Assembly (NCBI GenBank): GCA_044229975.1
Contig: JBGARZ010000002.1
Span: 800,001 to 864,000 of the forward strand
Origin: Polyangiales bacterium
GTDB taxonomy: Bacteria > Myxococcota_A > Polyangia > Polyangiales > Ga0077539
DNA: 64,000 bases
Direction of reading: 5' to 3'
The number at the start of each line of letters is the position of its first letter. The first letter of the stretch is position 1. The position numbers and the translations under genes are program-made. Below the pieces are notes generated by a model. That model was given only the letters and a program-made list of their open reading frames with translations, ran no database searches and was not told the DNA's origin. Positions 32,301-40,528 of this stretch are shown in pieces.

Positions 32301-32389
32301 TGCGCATGGCGGGGAGCGACCCCGGGACCCTGTACCAGGAGGTCGCACCCGGGTGCGGACCCAATGATCAACTGCGACTTCGTCGGCAT
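29306..32389 (-). CDS. FHA-domain ABC transporter (ABCG-type NBD + ABC-2 permease, Rv1747-like)
   Basis: Three FHA-like segments, Walker A GPSGAGKTT, LSGGQRKR, FLDEPTSG, TIHQP and a C-terminal permease. Confidence 0.93.
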   Translation of the reverse strand: MPTKSQLIIGSAPGCDLLVQGPGVAPRHAQLMWRDGLWVQDLAQGRTEVDGRPLAPNESVQLAGFHARVMVGGAAVPLTSAEVSKLFLDRTALPPERPGVVVVGRDPGRSQVVVAHPTVSGTHLRVDLSTRTVTDLGSRSGTFDRNSQRLPANQPVPIDVAGGYSLGAVWIPSAVLMELAGAPSGQAVGAGPVPMTSQGPMGGQPNAGMSGGYSPMQSMQGAPASQGHNPMQSAQGHNPMQSVQGGPMSMPTPPPQQAQPQGGAHKTMFGSFDLSGGGKALAIIGRLPSCDIVLPYPQVSSRHTSVMRAPDGSIVVSDLGSTNGTYVNGQRLVPGQTVAVPPKTKVFIGPYAVVVDIQNNAITAYIEQENQFESANLVEIEALDLFLQVPDRDKPGTDKILLNKVTFKALPGDLIALMGPSGAGKTTLLTVLNGYLRPTSGEVRVNGESLYAIYDALRGSIGYVPQDDLLHPELTVKEAIGYSAKFRLPSDYSDEEIERRVQQTMKDLGLDHLANTIIGSPIKKVLSGGQRKRVNIALELVTDPALMFLDEPTSGLAADDTVALIDLLSNLAKRYGKTIIVTIHQPAKEEFEKFNLAFIMGFGGEPVYFGPSGKDSYEFFARYRGQPIDNPRDMFDQLKIREEAVVARGQFANKSEARLGAAREWRAEFYRPDNSVFRSMYSGKREPGKPGQSRPPTRSAVPLIRQFGLLLSRYAKIKSRDVSGLMIMLLQAPIIGGLLAAVFFDSPKLPNLWCQNQVLAMEAVVARTTQQMCALPQTRFVEVDDFKGAIFFLTVGSLWFGVSNAAREVVSEIAIYRRERMVNLSIFNYMMSKFVLLALLCVLQCTVLLTIVYFSLKLGHGTADAFLPMLGSMVLTSMSGVALGLVISTAVTSSEAAMALTPIALIPQVVLGGLLVPMTNKSWLKALMAIMPSRWSFEGVMSAERDTLVPSWRIQTCAPAGSNGVNVRGGLNYFDCAVEEISRTAERSGAWGFSTWDQPAFHNGVLFVMMLVFLIGMGVMLRRRDSV
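31656..31715 (-). repeat. 27-bp in-frame tandem repeat (2 copies plus partial) encoding QGHNPMQS(A/V)
   Basis: ccctgcaccgactgcatcgggttgtgc (31656-31682) versus ccctgcgccgactgcatcgggttgtgg (31683-31709). Confidence 0.85.
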
Positions 32390-32447
32390 GGCGCGGCAGT
32401 GTATCGAAACACCGCCGGGATGGAACCAACCTCAGCGCGGGCGAGAA

Positions 32448-33041
32448 TTACTCGACGTCGTCGGTGATGCGGATGCCGCTGGTGAGGTTGGAGACCTCGT
32501 AGCGGGAGTAGCGACCGTCGCCGTCGAGGTCGCCCGAGGCGATGGCGAAATACCAGGTGGCCTGCTGCGGGGCGGGGAGAGCCGTGTACCCGAGGGTGGG
32601 GTTGGCGCCGCCGACACCAGGAATGACACCGGGCCGACCGGCGATGGTCTGGTACGAGTACCGGACGCGCTGGCGGGGGCGAACGCCAAGCTGGTTCCAG
32701 GCGGCGGGGAGGCTGCCGTAGAAGGAGTACATGCCGTCGGGGTCGCGGGAGGTGAGCGCGGGCCACCAGTTGGTGGCGAGGGCGCCGGAGGTCCCGTTGG
32801 CGGTGCCGCCGAGCTCGGGGTCGTTGGACACGTCGGAGTACACGTTGAACTCCGCGCGGTAGCTCTCCTGCGCCGACGTGATGCGCGAGAGCACCTCGGT
32901 GGCCTCGAGCGCAAACGAGCGGTAGCGGCTGCGCGAATACAGCGGCATCGCGATGGCCGACAGGATGCCGATGATGACGACGACGATCATCAGCTCCACC
33001 AGCGAGAACCCAGCGCCGCTCGTGCCTCGTCGTGTCTTCAT
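32448..33041 (-). CDS. Type IVa pilin / prepilin
   Basis: MKTRRGTSGAG|FSLVELMIVVVIIGILSAIAMP class III signal with E5. C-terminal ASGDLDGDG resembles myxobacterial pilins. Confidence 0.93.
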   Translation of the reverse strand: MKTRRGTSGAGFSLVELMIVVVIIGILSAIAMPLYSRSRYRSFALEATEVLSRITSAQESYRAEFNVYSDVSNDPELGGTANGTSGALATNWWPALTSRDPDGMYSFYGSLPAAWNQLGVRPRQRVRYSYQTIAGRPGVIPGVGGANPTLGYTALPAPQQATWYFAIASGDLDGDGRYSRYEVSNLTSGIRITDDVE

Positions 33042-33197
33042 GGGTCGGTTCTCCGGGGCGCTTCGATGGTCACGCCGTCGAAGGTCGAGGGTAGGCCCGC
33101 GCGGGCCCCGACCGCAACCACGCGAACGCCCGTCAACCATCATCACCGGGCTTCAGGCGATGGCGGTCATCGTGCTACCCACCATGAGAAGGTGAGC

Positions 33198-35336
33198 ATG
33201 CGACCCAGACTCCTGTCCCCCTCCATCGCGGCGTCGTCCCTCCTCGGGGGCGCCCTGGCAGCGACCCTGTCCGCGGGCTGCGACGCAGGCCCGACCGCAC
33301 GCGATTGCAGCCCGAGCCGCCCGTGCGTCGACCCGATGGACGCCACCACGCCCTTCGACGCAGCCCGGCTCGACGTCCGGCCCGTCGACGCGCCCGACCT
33401 CTACACGGGCCTCATCTCGGTGAGCATCACGCCCGAAAACCCCACGCTCGTCGTGCGCGGCGCCATCGCGACACAGCCCTTCATGGCCATCGGTCGCTAC
33501 GAGGACGGCACCCAGCGCCCGATCGCCCTCGGCGCCTGGAGCGTCTCCCGTCTCCGCGCCGGCGGCATCGACCCCTCCACCGGTCGCTTCACCGCGACGG
33601 GTCAGGTCGGTGACGTCACCGAGGTGCGCTACGAGTTGCCCCGCCCGACGGGCGACGCCCTCCGCGCGACGACCAACCTCACGGTGCGCTTCGAGCGGGA
33701 GTTTTTCACGGCGCCGGCGACCGAGACCGACCGGGCGCGCTTCGCGACGCTCACCACCGACCCCGCGCGCGAGGTGCTGGTGCGCTACCCCCTCGCCGAC
33801 GCGCTCGTCCCGCAAAACGTCGCGCCCCCGGACGTGCAGTGGGAGCAAGGCGTCGCGGGAGACGTCTACCGCGTTCGCTTCAGCAAGCCCCATGTCGCCG
33901 TCACGGGCTACGTCACGCACACGGGGACCGCGGCCTTCCACTTCAACTGGCCGACCGATCCCGCCGGGTGGCGCGCCCTCGTGGAGTCCGACCTCGACGA
34001 CCCCATCACGCTCCGCGTCGACCGGGCCACCACCGGCGCCGCCATCGAAGGCGCTCCCCGCTCGCTGCGCGTCGCCCAGGGCTCCCTCGCCGGAGCCGTC
34101 TACTACTGGGACCTGCGCGCCGGGAGGATCCTCCGCATCCGTGAGGAGGCCACCGGGCCGGTGCGCGAGGACTTCCTCCCGCGCCCGCCGCAGCGTACGA
34201 CCGGTGACCGCAGCCGCTGCGTGGCCTGCCACACCATCTCCCGCGACGGCCTCCAGATGGCCGCAGAGCTCTGGGAGGGACAGGGGCCGTCCAACGTCTT
34301 CGACCTCGGCCGCGACCTCACCGCCGACCCCGCGCCGACGCGCTTCCCGGTGACCGACACGGCCGCGTCGCCGTCGTGGGTGTACTCGTCCTTCAATGCC
34401 ACCGCCACGCGGCTCATCGCCAACCGCCTCGGCGGGCTCTTCCTCGTCAACCCAGCGACGGGCGCGACGGTTCCGCCCGTCGCCGGAACGCTCCCCGGCG
34501 CCGGCAGCGTGCAGCCCTCGTGGTCGCCCGACGGCAACACCATCGCCTACGTTTCGGAGTTCACGGGCGAAGGTCCGACGGCCTTCAGCAACAGCAACCT
34601 GTCGACCATCCCCGTCACGGCGGCCGACAGCTTCGGCCCAGCGACCCAGCGGGTCATGGGCGCGTCGCTGATGGCCCAGCGCGAGGGCGGCCGCGCGCTC
34701 GCCTACCCGACGTGGACGCCGGACTCGCGCTGGCTGGCCTTCCAGCACGGCCCCTACAGCGAGAGCGACCGCGCTGGTGCTTCGGCCGGGGCGCCGCGCA
34801 CCCGCTTCCCCGCCGCCCTCTACGTCGTCGCGCCGACCGGCGGAACGCCCACCCGCCTCGCGCGCGCCTCCGCCGACGAGGCCGAGGACGACGCCTACTT
34901 CCCCAACTTCTCGCCCTTCGTGCAGGGCGGGCATTACTGGCTCGTGTATTTCTCCCGCCGCGCCTACGGCAACGCCCAGGCGGGCACCCGCGGCACCGGC
35001 CGACGCCAGCTCTGGGTCACCGCCATCAGCACCACCGTCACCGCCGGGGCCGACCCGTCCAACGTGCCGTACTGGCTCCCCGGTCAGGACGTCGGCAGCG
35101 ACAACGTGAGCGGCTTCTGGGCGCCGCAGCCGTGCCGTCCGCGCGGCGCGAGCTGCACCGTGTCGAGCGAGTGCTGCGCGGGCACCTGCGGCCCCGACGC
35201 GACGGGCGCTCTGGTCTGCAACCCGCCTCCCCCGGAGGCCCCGTGCCGCATGGAGGGCGAGCGCTGCGGCGCCGGGTCCGACTGCTGCGCGGGCCTGAGC
35301 TGCGCGGCCAACGTGTGCCTGCGCCCGCCGGGCTGA
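33198..35336 (+). CDS. TolB-like (PD40 beta-propeller) lipoprotein with Ig-like N-terminus, CxxCH motif and Cys-rich tail
   Basis: LSAGC lipobox, QPSWSPDGNTIAY / YPTWTPDSRWLAF / FPNFSP repeats, CVACH, PYWLPGQ and two C-terminal Cys clusters. Start re-picked at MRPRLL. Confidence 0.85.
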   Translation: MRPRLLSPSIAASSLLGGALAATLSAGCDAGPTARDCSPSRPCVDPMDATTPFDAARLDVRPVDAPDLYTGLISVSITPENPTLVVRGAIATQPFMAIGRYEDGTQRPIALGAWSVSRLRAGGIDPSTGRFTATGQVGDVTEVRYELPRPTGDALRATTNLTVRFEREFFTAPATETDRARFATLTTDPAREVLVRYPLADALVPQNVAPPDVQWEQGVAGDVYRVRFSKPHVAVTGYVTHTGTAAFHFNWPTDPAGWRALVESDLDDPITLRVDRATTGAAIEGAPRSLRVAQGSLAGAVYYWDLRAGRILRIREEATGPVREDFLPRPPQRTTGDRSRCVACHTISRDGLQMAAELWEGQGPSNVFDLGRDLTADPAPTRFPVTDTAASPSWVYSSFNATATRLIANRLGGLFLVNPATGATVPPVAGTLPGAGSVQPSWSPDGNTIAYVSEFTGEGPTAFSNSNLSTIPVTAADSFGPATQRVMGASLMAQREGGRALAYPTWTPDSRWLAFQHGPYSESDRAGASAGAPRTRFPAALYVVAPTGGTPTRLARASADEAEDDAYFPNFSPFVQGGHYWLVYFSRRAYGNAQAGTRGTGRRQLWVTAISTTVTAGADPSNVPYWLPGQDVGSDNVSGFWAPQPCRPRGASCTVSSECCAGTCGPDATGALVCNPPPPEAPCRMEGERCGAGSDCCAGLSCAANVCLRPPG

Positions 35337-35443
35337 TCGCGCGCAGCGTTCGGTTGAGCCAGCGCGCGGGGCTCCGGTACGATCCGCGACGACCCGCAGT
35401 CCCCGTCTGACAATCCGATCTCCGATAGGCCCCCACCACCGCC

Positions 35444-38400
35444 ATGACGCTCCACCTTCGCTTCGCCGCGCTCCTCGCCCTCGTCGTCGCGGTCGGCTGC
35501 TCCAGCGAGACCCCGCCGCTCACTCCGACCGACGACGCCTCCACCGACATCGCCGCGGTGGACGACGCCACGGAGTCCGACGTCCGCGCGCCGCGCAGCG
35601 ACGCCGCGTGCGAGGTCGACCTCGACTGCGACGACGGGCTCTATTGCAACGGCGGCGAGCGGTGCCTCATGGGGCGCTGCGCCGCCGGGACGAGCCCCTG
35701 CGACGACCGGTACAGCTGCACCCTCGACTCGTGCGACGAGACGATGCGCGCCTGCTCGCGCACCAACGACCACTCGGTGTGCGGCGACGGCAACGCGTGC
35801 AACGGCACCGAGCGCTGCGACCCGACCACGCCGGGCGCCCTCGCCGGCACCGGGTGTCAGCCCGTGCGCGCCGACGATCAGATCGACTGCGACGACCGCA
35901 ACACCTGCACCATCGACTCGTGCGATGGCCGCGTCGGGTGCGTCCACTCGCCGCGCGACCTCGACGGCGACGGCTTCATCGCCACCTCGTGCACCAGCGA
36001 CGGCACCCCGCGCGGGACGCAGGGCAACGACTGCAACGACAGCGATCCGCGGGTGTTTCCGGGGGCCCCGGAGACCTGCGACGACGGGCGCGACAACAAC
36101 TGCAACTTCCTCGTCGACTACGCGGACACCACGTCGTGCGTGCCCCGCAACGACACCTGCGAGCGCGCCCAGGAGATTCGCGTCACGACCGCCGCCACGT
36201 ACTCGGTGACGGGCTCGACCTCCGGCCTCGCGACCACCTTCGCGGTCGCGTGTGGGCAGCCCGCGCGGCCCACGGCGCTCTACCGCTTCACGCTCGCGAC
36301 GCCGCAGGACGTCGCCATCACCAACGACGACACCAGCACGCCGGTGGGTGCCATCGCGCTGCTCTCGACCTGCGACTCGACCAGCGAGGTGCGCTGCGCC
36401 CGCGGCGTGTCGAGCACCGCGCCGCAGGTGCAGGTCCGCTCGCTCCCCGCCGGGACGTACTTCATCGCCGTGCAGACCAGCGCGCCGCGCATCTTCCGGC
36501 TGCGGCTCACCATCGGCCGCCCCACCACCGCGCCCGAGAGCGACCTCTGCCCCGTGGCCGGCGCCACGCCCGCGTTCGACCTGTCCGACGCGATGCCGCA
36601 CACCGTCTCGTTCGCTGGCCTGCTCCCGGACTACTCGCTGAGCTGCGACACGGGCGCGCCGACGGCCGACGCCGTGCTGCCCCTCACGCTCACCGCCCCG
36701 CGCAACGTCACCCTCACGGTGACCGGCCCCGCGAGCGAGCGCGTGACCATGGCCATCTTCCGCGCGCCCTGCGGCGTCGCCGCGAGCGAGCTGCGGTGCG
36801 CCACGGCCCTCACCACGACGCGCATCGTGCAGCGACCGCTGGCGGCGGGCGCCTACTTCGTGATCGTTCGTCACGCCTCGGCGCGGGACGTCACGGTGCA
36901 GGCCGCCCTCACCGACCCGACCATGCGTGCGCCCGCGGACGTCTGCCCGGGCATCGAGGTGATGCCCGACGGCCCCGCCCTCACGCTCACCCCGCCGACG
37001 CTGGAGAGCTACCCCGACCAGGGCACCTCCTGCGGCTCCAACGGCACCACCGATGGGTGGACCGACATGGTCGTGCGCTTCACCCTCGCGACGCCGCGCG
37101 ACGTGACCGTCTCGGTCGGCGGCTCGGGCTTCGCGTCGCTGCGGATGCAGCTCCAGTCCGACTGCGCGACGCGCACCTCGGTCATCGGGCCCTGCGTGTC
37201 GGGCGCGCCGCCCGTGCGTCGCTACCGCGGCCTCGGCGCGGGCACCTACTTCATCATCATCGAGAGCAACGCGCCGCCCCCGTCGCTCACCGTCGCCGTG
37301 ACGACGACGGCGCCTGGCGTTCGTCTGCCGGGTGACACCTGCCCTGGCGTCGACGTGGCGCTCGACGGCGCCCCCGGGGTGATCAACCCGTCGGGCTTCG
37401 ACGTCACCTCGGACATCGGAACGCCCTGCGGCTCGACCCGCCCGTCCGACAACTGGACCGACTGGGTCTTCCACTTCCGCCTCGACACGCCGCGCGACGT
37501 GACGCTCACCATGCTCGGCGGCAGCGCGCTTCGCATGCAGCTCTATTCGAGCTGCGGCGTCGGGGCGACCACCCTCGGCGGGTGCGTCGCGGGCACCACG
37601 ATGACCGAGCGCCGCTACCGCAGCCTGCCCGCGGGCGACTACTACGTCGTGGGCGAGCAGGCGGGCGCTGGCGGGGTGAGCGGCAACGTGCGGCTCATCA
37701 TCGCGACGGGCGATCCGGGCGTGCGTGCGCCGGGTGACACGTGCTCGACGGCGGTGCGGCTGACGCCCGATGGGCCGACGGTTCCGCTGGCGGTGACGAC
37801 CTTCGACACGGTGCCCGACCACGGCACGCCCTGCGGCTCGGCCACGATGAGCTCGGCGACGTGGACCGACTTCGTCACGACCTTCACCATCGACACGCCG
37901 CGGGACGTGACCGTCACGCTCATGGCGACCCCCGCCACGCAGCTCTTCGCCGCGGTGGAGCGCACCTGCGGCACGGCCTCGTCCGTCGTCGGGAGCTGCC
38001 TCTCGGGGCCCTTTGGCCCGTGGGTGCAGCGCTACCCGTCGCTCGCCGCCGGGACGTACTTCGTCGTCGGTGAAGCGCGAACCTTCGCCGCCAGCTCGGT
38101 CGTCAACGCCACGGTGACGACGCTGCCCGCGGGCTCGTCTCCGTCGTACCGGCGCACCGACGCGCCCGCCGACGTCACCTTCGTCAACGTGTGCACGGCG
38201 CCCGGCGCCCGGCGCGTGCTGCCCAGCCTCGACGACTCGTCGGTGCTCGACACGCTGCCGTTCTCCTTCCGCTACTGGGGTTCGCCCGTGACGATGGTCA
38301 ACGTCGCCTCCAACGGGTTCATGAACCTCGACGGCGTGTCGGCGGCGAGCACCGCCGGAAGCATCCCCGAGCGTGGCGCGCCCAACGGGGTCATCGCGGC

Positions 38401-38719
38401 CTACTGGCTCGACCTGCTCACCCGCGACACGGGCGTGTGCATCGGCACCGTCGGCACCGCACCCAACCGTCGCTACATCGCGCAGTGGGACAACGCGTCG
38501 TACTACCCGACGGGCACCGGCAACCTGACCTTCGAGATCATCCTCAACGAGACCACCAACACCATCGACATGATCTACCAGTCGCTCGGCACGCCCGACC
38601 GCGCGCTCACCGTCGGTCTGGAGACCCTCGACGGCGTGGACGGCGCGGTGCTCTGCAGCAACTCCACGGCCTGCCCGGTCGCGACCGGGACGCGCATCCG
38701 TTGGGTCCCGACGCCCTGA
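35444..38719 (+). CDS. Large Cys-rich surface lipoprotein with five tandem ~120-aa domains and a C-terminal NIDO-like domain
   Basis: VAVGC lipobox, CDDG..CNG.E.C repeats, DLDGDG..DCND..FPGAPETCD..DNNC metal-binding motif, and LPFSFRYWG..SNG..IAAYWLDL. Confidence 0.85.
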   Translation: MTLHLRFAALLALVVAVGCSSETPPLTPTDDASTDIAAVDDATESDVRAPRSDAACEVDLDCDDGLYCNGGERCLMGRCAAGTSPCDDRYSCTLDSCDETMRACSRTNDHSVCGDGNACNGTERCDPTTPGALAGTGCQPVRADDQIDCDDRNTCTIDSCDGRVGCVHSPRDLDGDGFIATSCTSDGTPRGTQGNDCNDSDPRVFPGAPETCDDGRDNNCNFLVDYADTTSCVPRNDTCERAQEIRVTTAATYSVTGSTSGLATTFAVACGQPARPTALYRFTLATPQDVAITNDDTSTPVGAIALLSTCDSTSEVRCARGVSSTAPQVQVRSLPAGTYFIAVQTSAPRIFRLRLTIGRPTTAPESDLCPVAGATPAFDLSDAMPHTVSFAGLLPDYSLSCDTGAPTADAVLPLTLTAPRNVTLTVTGPASERVTMAIFRAPCGVAASELRCATALTTTRIVQRPLAAGAYFVIVRHASARDVTVQAALTDPTMRAPADVCPGIEVMPDGPALTLTPPTLESYPDQGTSCGSNGTTDGWTDMVVRFTLATPRDVTVSVGGSGFASLRMQLQSDCATRTSVIGPCVSGAPPVRRYRGLGAGTYFIIIESNAPPPSLTVAVTTTAPGVRLPGDTCPGVDVALDGAPGVINPSGFDVTSDIGTPCGSTRPSDNWTDWVFHFRLDTPRDVTLTMLGGSALRMQLYSSCGVGATTLGGCVAGTTMTERRYRSLPAGDYYVVGEQAGAGGVSGNVRLIIATGDPGVRAPGDTCSTAVRLTPDGPTVPLAVTTFDTVPDHGTPCGSATMSSATWTDFVTTFTIDTPRDVTVTLMATPATQLFAAVERTCGTASSVVGSCLSGPFGPWVQRYPSLAAGTYFVVGEARTFAASSVVNATVTTLPAGSSPSYRRTDAPADVTFVNVCTAPGARRVLPSLDDSSVLDTLPFSFRYWGSPVTMVNVASNGFMNLDGVSAASTAGSIPERGAPNGVIAAYWLDLLTRDTGVCIGTVGTAPNRRYIAQWDNASYYPTGTGNLTFEIILNETTNTIDMIYQSLGTPDRALTVGLETLDGVDGAVLCSNSTACPVATGTRIRWVPTP
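36143..38130 (+). repeat. Five tandem protein modules (P.D.C...FTL.TPRDVT...L.AG.Y)
   Basis: Units begin PRNDTC, PESDLC, PADVC, PGDTCP and PGDTCS. Boundaries are approximate. Confidence 0.8.
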
Positions 38720-38733
38720 GCCGCGTCCATCGG

Positions 38734-40524
38734 ATGCTGCCGCATCGCGCGCTCGCCTTCGTTGCGCTTGCCCTGGCCTGCAAAGACGAGCGCCCGGGGG
38801 GGCTGTCCCCCGATGTTCCCTTCCTCCTGAGTGACGCCGGCTTCGTCGACCGACCCATGGTCGATGTCGTCCCCGACAGGGGCGTCGTACTTCTTCGCGA
38901 CGGCTCGACCGACCTGGGGTCCAGCGCCGTCACGCCCTTTCGACCGCTGGCGCCGAGCTCCGGCGCGTGGCTCCGCTCGCTCCGGCCGACCTTCCGCTGG
39001 ACGGCATTGCCCGCCGCGACCAGCTACCGCGTCGAGCTCTCCACCACGCGAACCTTCGACACGGTGGAGTCCACCGCGACCAGCGCGACGACGTCTTACG
39101 TGTCCGTCGCCGACCTGCCGCGCGGGCTTCGCTGGTGGCGCGTCGTGGCCCTCGACGGAGCGATGGAGCTGCGCACCTCCGCGGTGTGGCCCGTCACCCT
39201 GGGGCGCGCGCTCCACGACCTCAACGGCGACGGTCGCGCGGACATCGTCGTCGGCGCGCCGGGCCTGGAGCGCGTCGCCGCGGGCCCCACGGGAGAGGTG
39301 CACGTCCACCTTGGCGGAACAGCCATCGCGAGCGCGCCGGACCTCACCCTCGCCGCGAGCAACCCGGGAGAGCGCTTCGGTGGGAGCGTGTCGACCTCGG
39401 GTGATCTCAACGGCGACGGCTTCGCCGACCTCGTCGTCGGCGCCGGGAGCTTCCGCACCGGCGCGCCGACGGAGACCGGGGAGTCGGGGCGTGTCGCGGT
39501 GTACCTGGGCGGAGCGTCACCCTCGACGAGCGCCACGCTTCAAGTGGCGGCCCCGGTGGCGAGCGGAGGCTTCGGCCGCAGCGTCGCGATCGTTGGTGAC
39601 TACAACGGCGACGGCTACGGCGACTTGGTCGTCGGCGCACCGGCATACGGCGGGCTCACCGGGCGGGCGTGGCTCTACCTGGGCGGTTCGACGCCCGACG
39701 CGATGCCTGACGCGGAGTTCACCTTCGCGATGCCCTTCGACGCCTTCGGGAGCGTGGTCGCGGGGGCGGGCGACCTCAACGGGGACGGCTTCGCGGATGT
39801 CGTCATCGGCGCGCCGCAGATCGTCGGGTCGGGGGTCGGGGAGGTGCGGGTGTTCTTCGGGAGCGCGACACCCAACGCCTCGGTCGATCAGAACTTCCTC
39901 GGCGCCGCCAACGACGTCTTCGGGTCGGCGGTGGCGGGCGTGGGCGACCTCGACGGCGACGGCTACGCCGACCTCGCCGTGGGCGCTCCCTCCATCGGCG
40001 GACCCGGTCGGGTGGTCGTCTTCGCGGGCTCGATCGGGTCGCTCATGCGCCCGCTGCTCGAAGTGCGCGGCGCCACGGCGGCGGGCGCGGGCGAGCGTCT
40101 CGGCAACGCGCTCGACGGCGCGGGCGACGTCAACGGCGACGGCCTCGCTGACCTCGTCGTCGGCGCGTCGGGCAACGCCGCCCGCCGACCGGGGGCGGGC
40201 GTCGCGTACCTCTTCCTCGGGGCGGCGGCTCCTTCGACGACGGCCGCGCTCACCTACGAGACCCGCGAGGACGAAGGGGCCATCGCGCTCGGCGACCGCG
40301 CGGTGGGCGCGGGCGACGTGGACGGCGATGGCTTCGACGACGTCTTGCTGCGCGCGGGCCGGGCGCCATCCGGCGTAGGCGTCGGAGCGGTGTACCTCCT
40401 GCGCGGCGGCGCGACACCCACCGCGACGCGCGCATGGACCTCGGTCGGGCAGAGCAGCTTCGTCGGCAGCGAGTACGGCGCGGGGCTCGCGTTTCGCGTC
40501 GTGCGTCGGCCGCGCTACCTGTAG
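38734..40524 (+). CDS. FG-GAP (integrin-alpha-like) seven-bladed beta-propeller lipoprotein
   Basis: LALAC lipobox, an FN3-like segment, and seven D(L/Y/V)(N/D)GDG..D repeats. Start re-picked at MLPHRA. Confidence 0.9.
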   Translation: MLPHRALAFVALALACKDERPGGLSPDVPFLLSDAGFVDRPMVDVVPDRGVVLLRDGSTDLGSSAVTPFRPLAPSSGAWLRSLRPTFRWTALPAATSYRVELSTTRTFDTVESTATSATTSYVSVADLPRGLRWWRVVALDGAMELRTSAVWPVTLGRALHDLNGDGRADIVVGAPGLERVAAGPTGEVHVHLGGTAIASAPDLTLAASNPGERFGGSVSTSGDLNGDGFADLVVGAGSFRTGAPTETGESGRVAVYLGGASPSTSATLQVAAPVASGGFGRSVAIVGDYNGDGYGDLVVGAPAYGGLTGRAWLYLGGSTPDAMPDAEFTFAMPFDAFGSVVAGAGDLNGDGFADVVIGAPQIVGSGVGEVRVFFGSATPNASVDQNFLGAANDVFGSAVAGVGDLDGDGYADLAVGAPSIGGPGRVVVFAGSIGSLMRPLLEVRGATAAGAGERLGNALDGAGDVNGDGLADLVVGASGNAARRPGAGVAYLFLGAAAPSTTAALTYETREDEGAIALGDRAVGAGDVDGDGFDDVLLRAGRAPSGVGVGAVYLLRGGATPTATRAWTSVGQSSFVGSEYGAGLAFRVVRRPRYL

Positions 40525-40528
40525 GTCG

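Noticed and set aside
31917..33197. N-terminal extension of the 1139-aa ORF, and similar extensions at 12119, 18561, 21154, 38191, 42678, 57907 and 61406
   Set aside because: They overlap real neighbouring genes. Downstream starts give proper signal peptides, RBSs or family N-termini.
33042..33197. Sigma-54 promoter for the pilin gene
   Set aside because: I found no correctly spaced TGGCAC-N5-TTGC on either strand, only short GC-rich palindromes.
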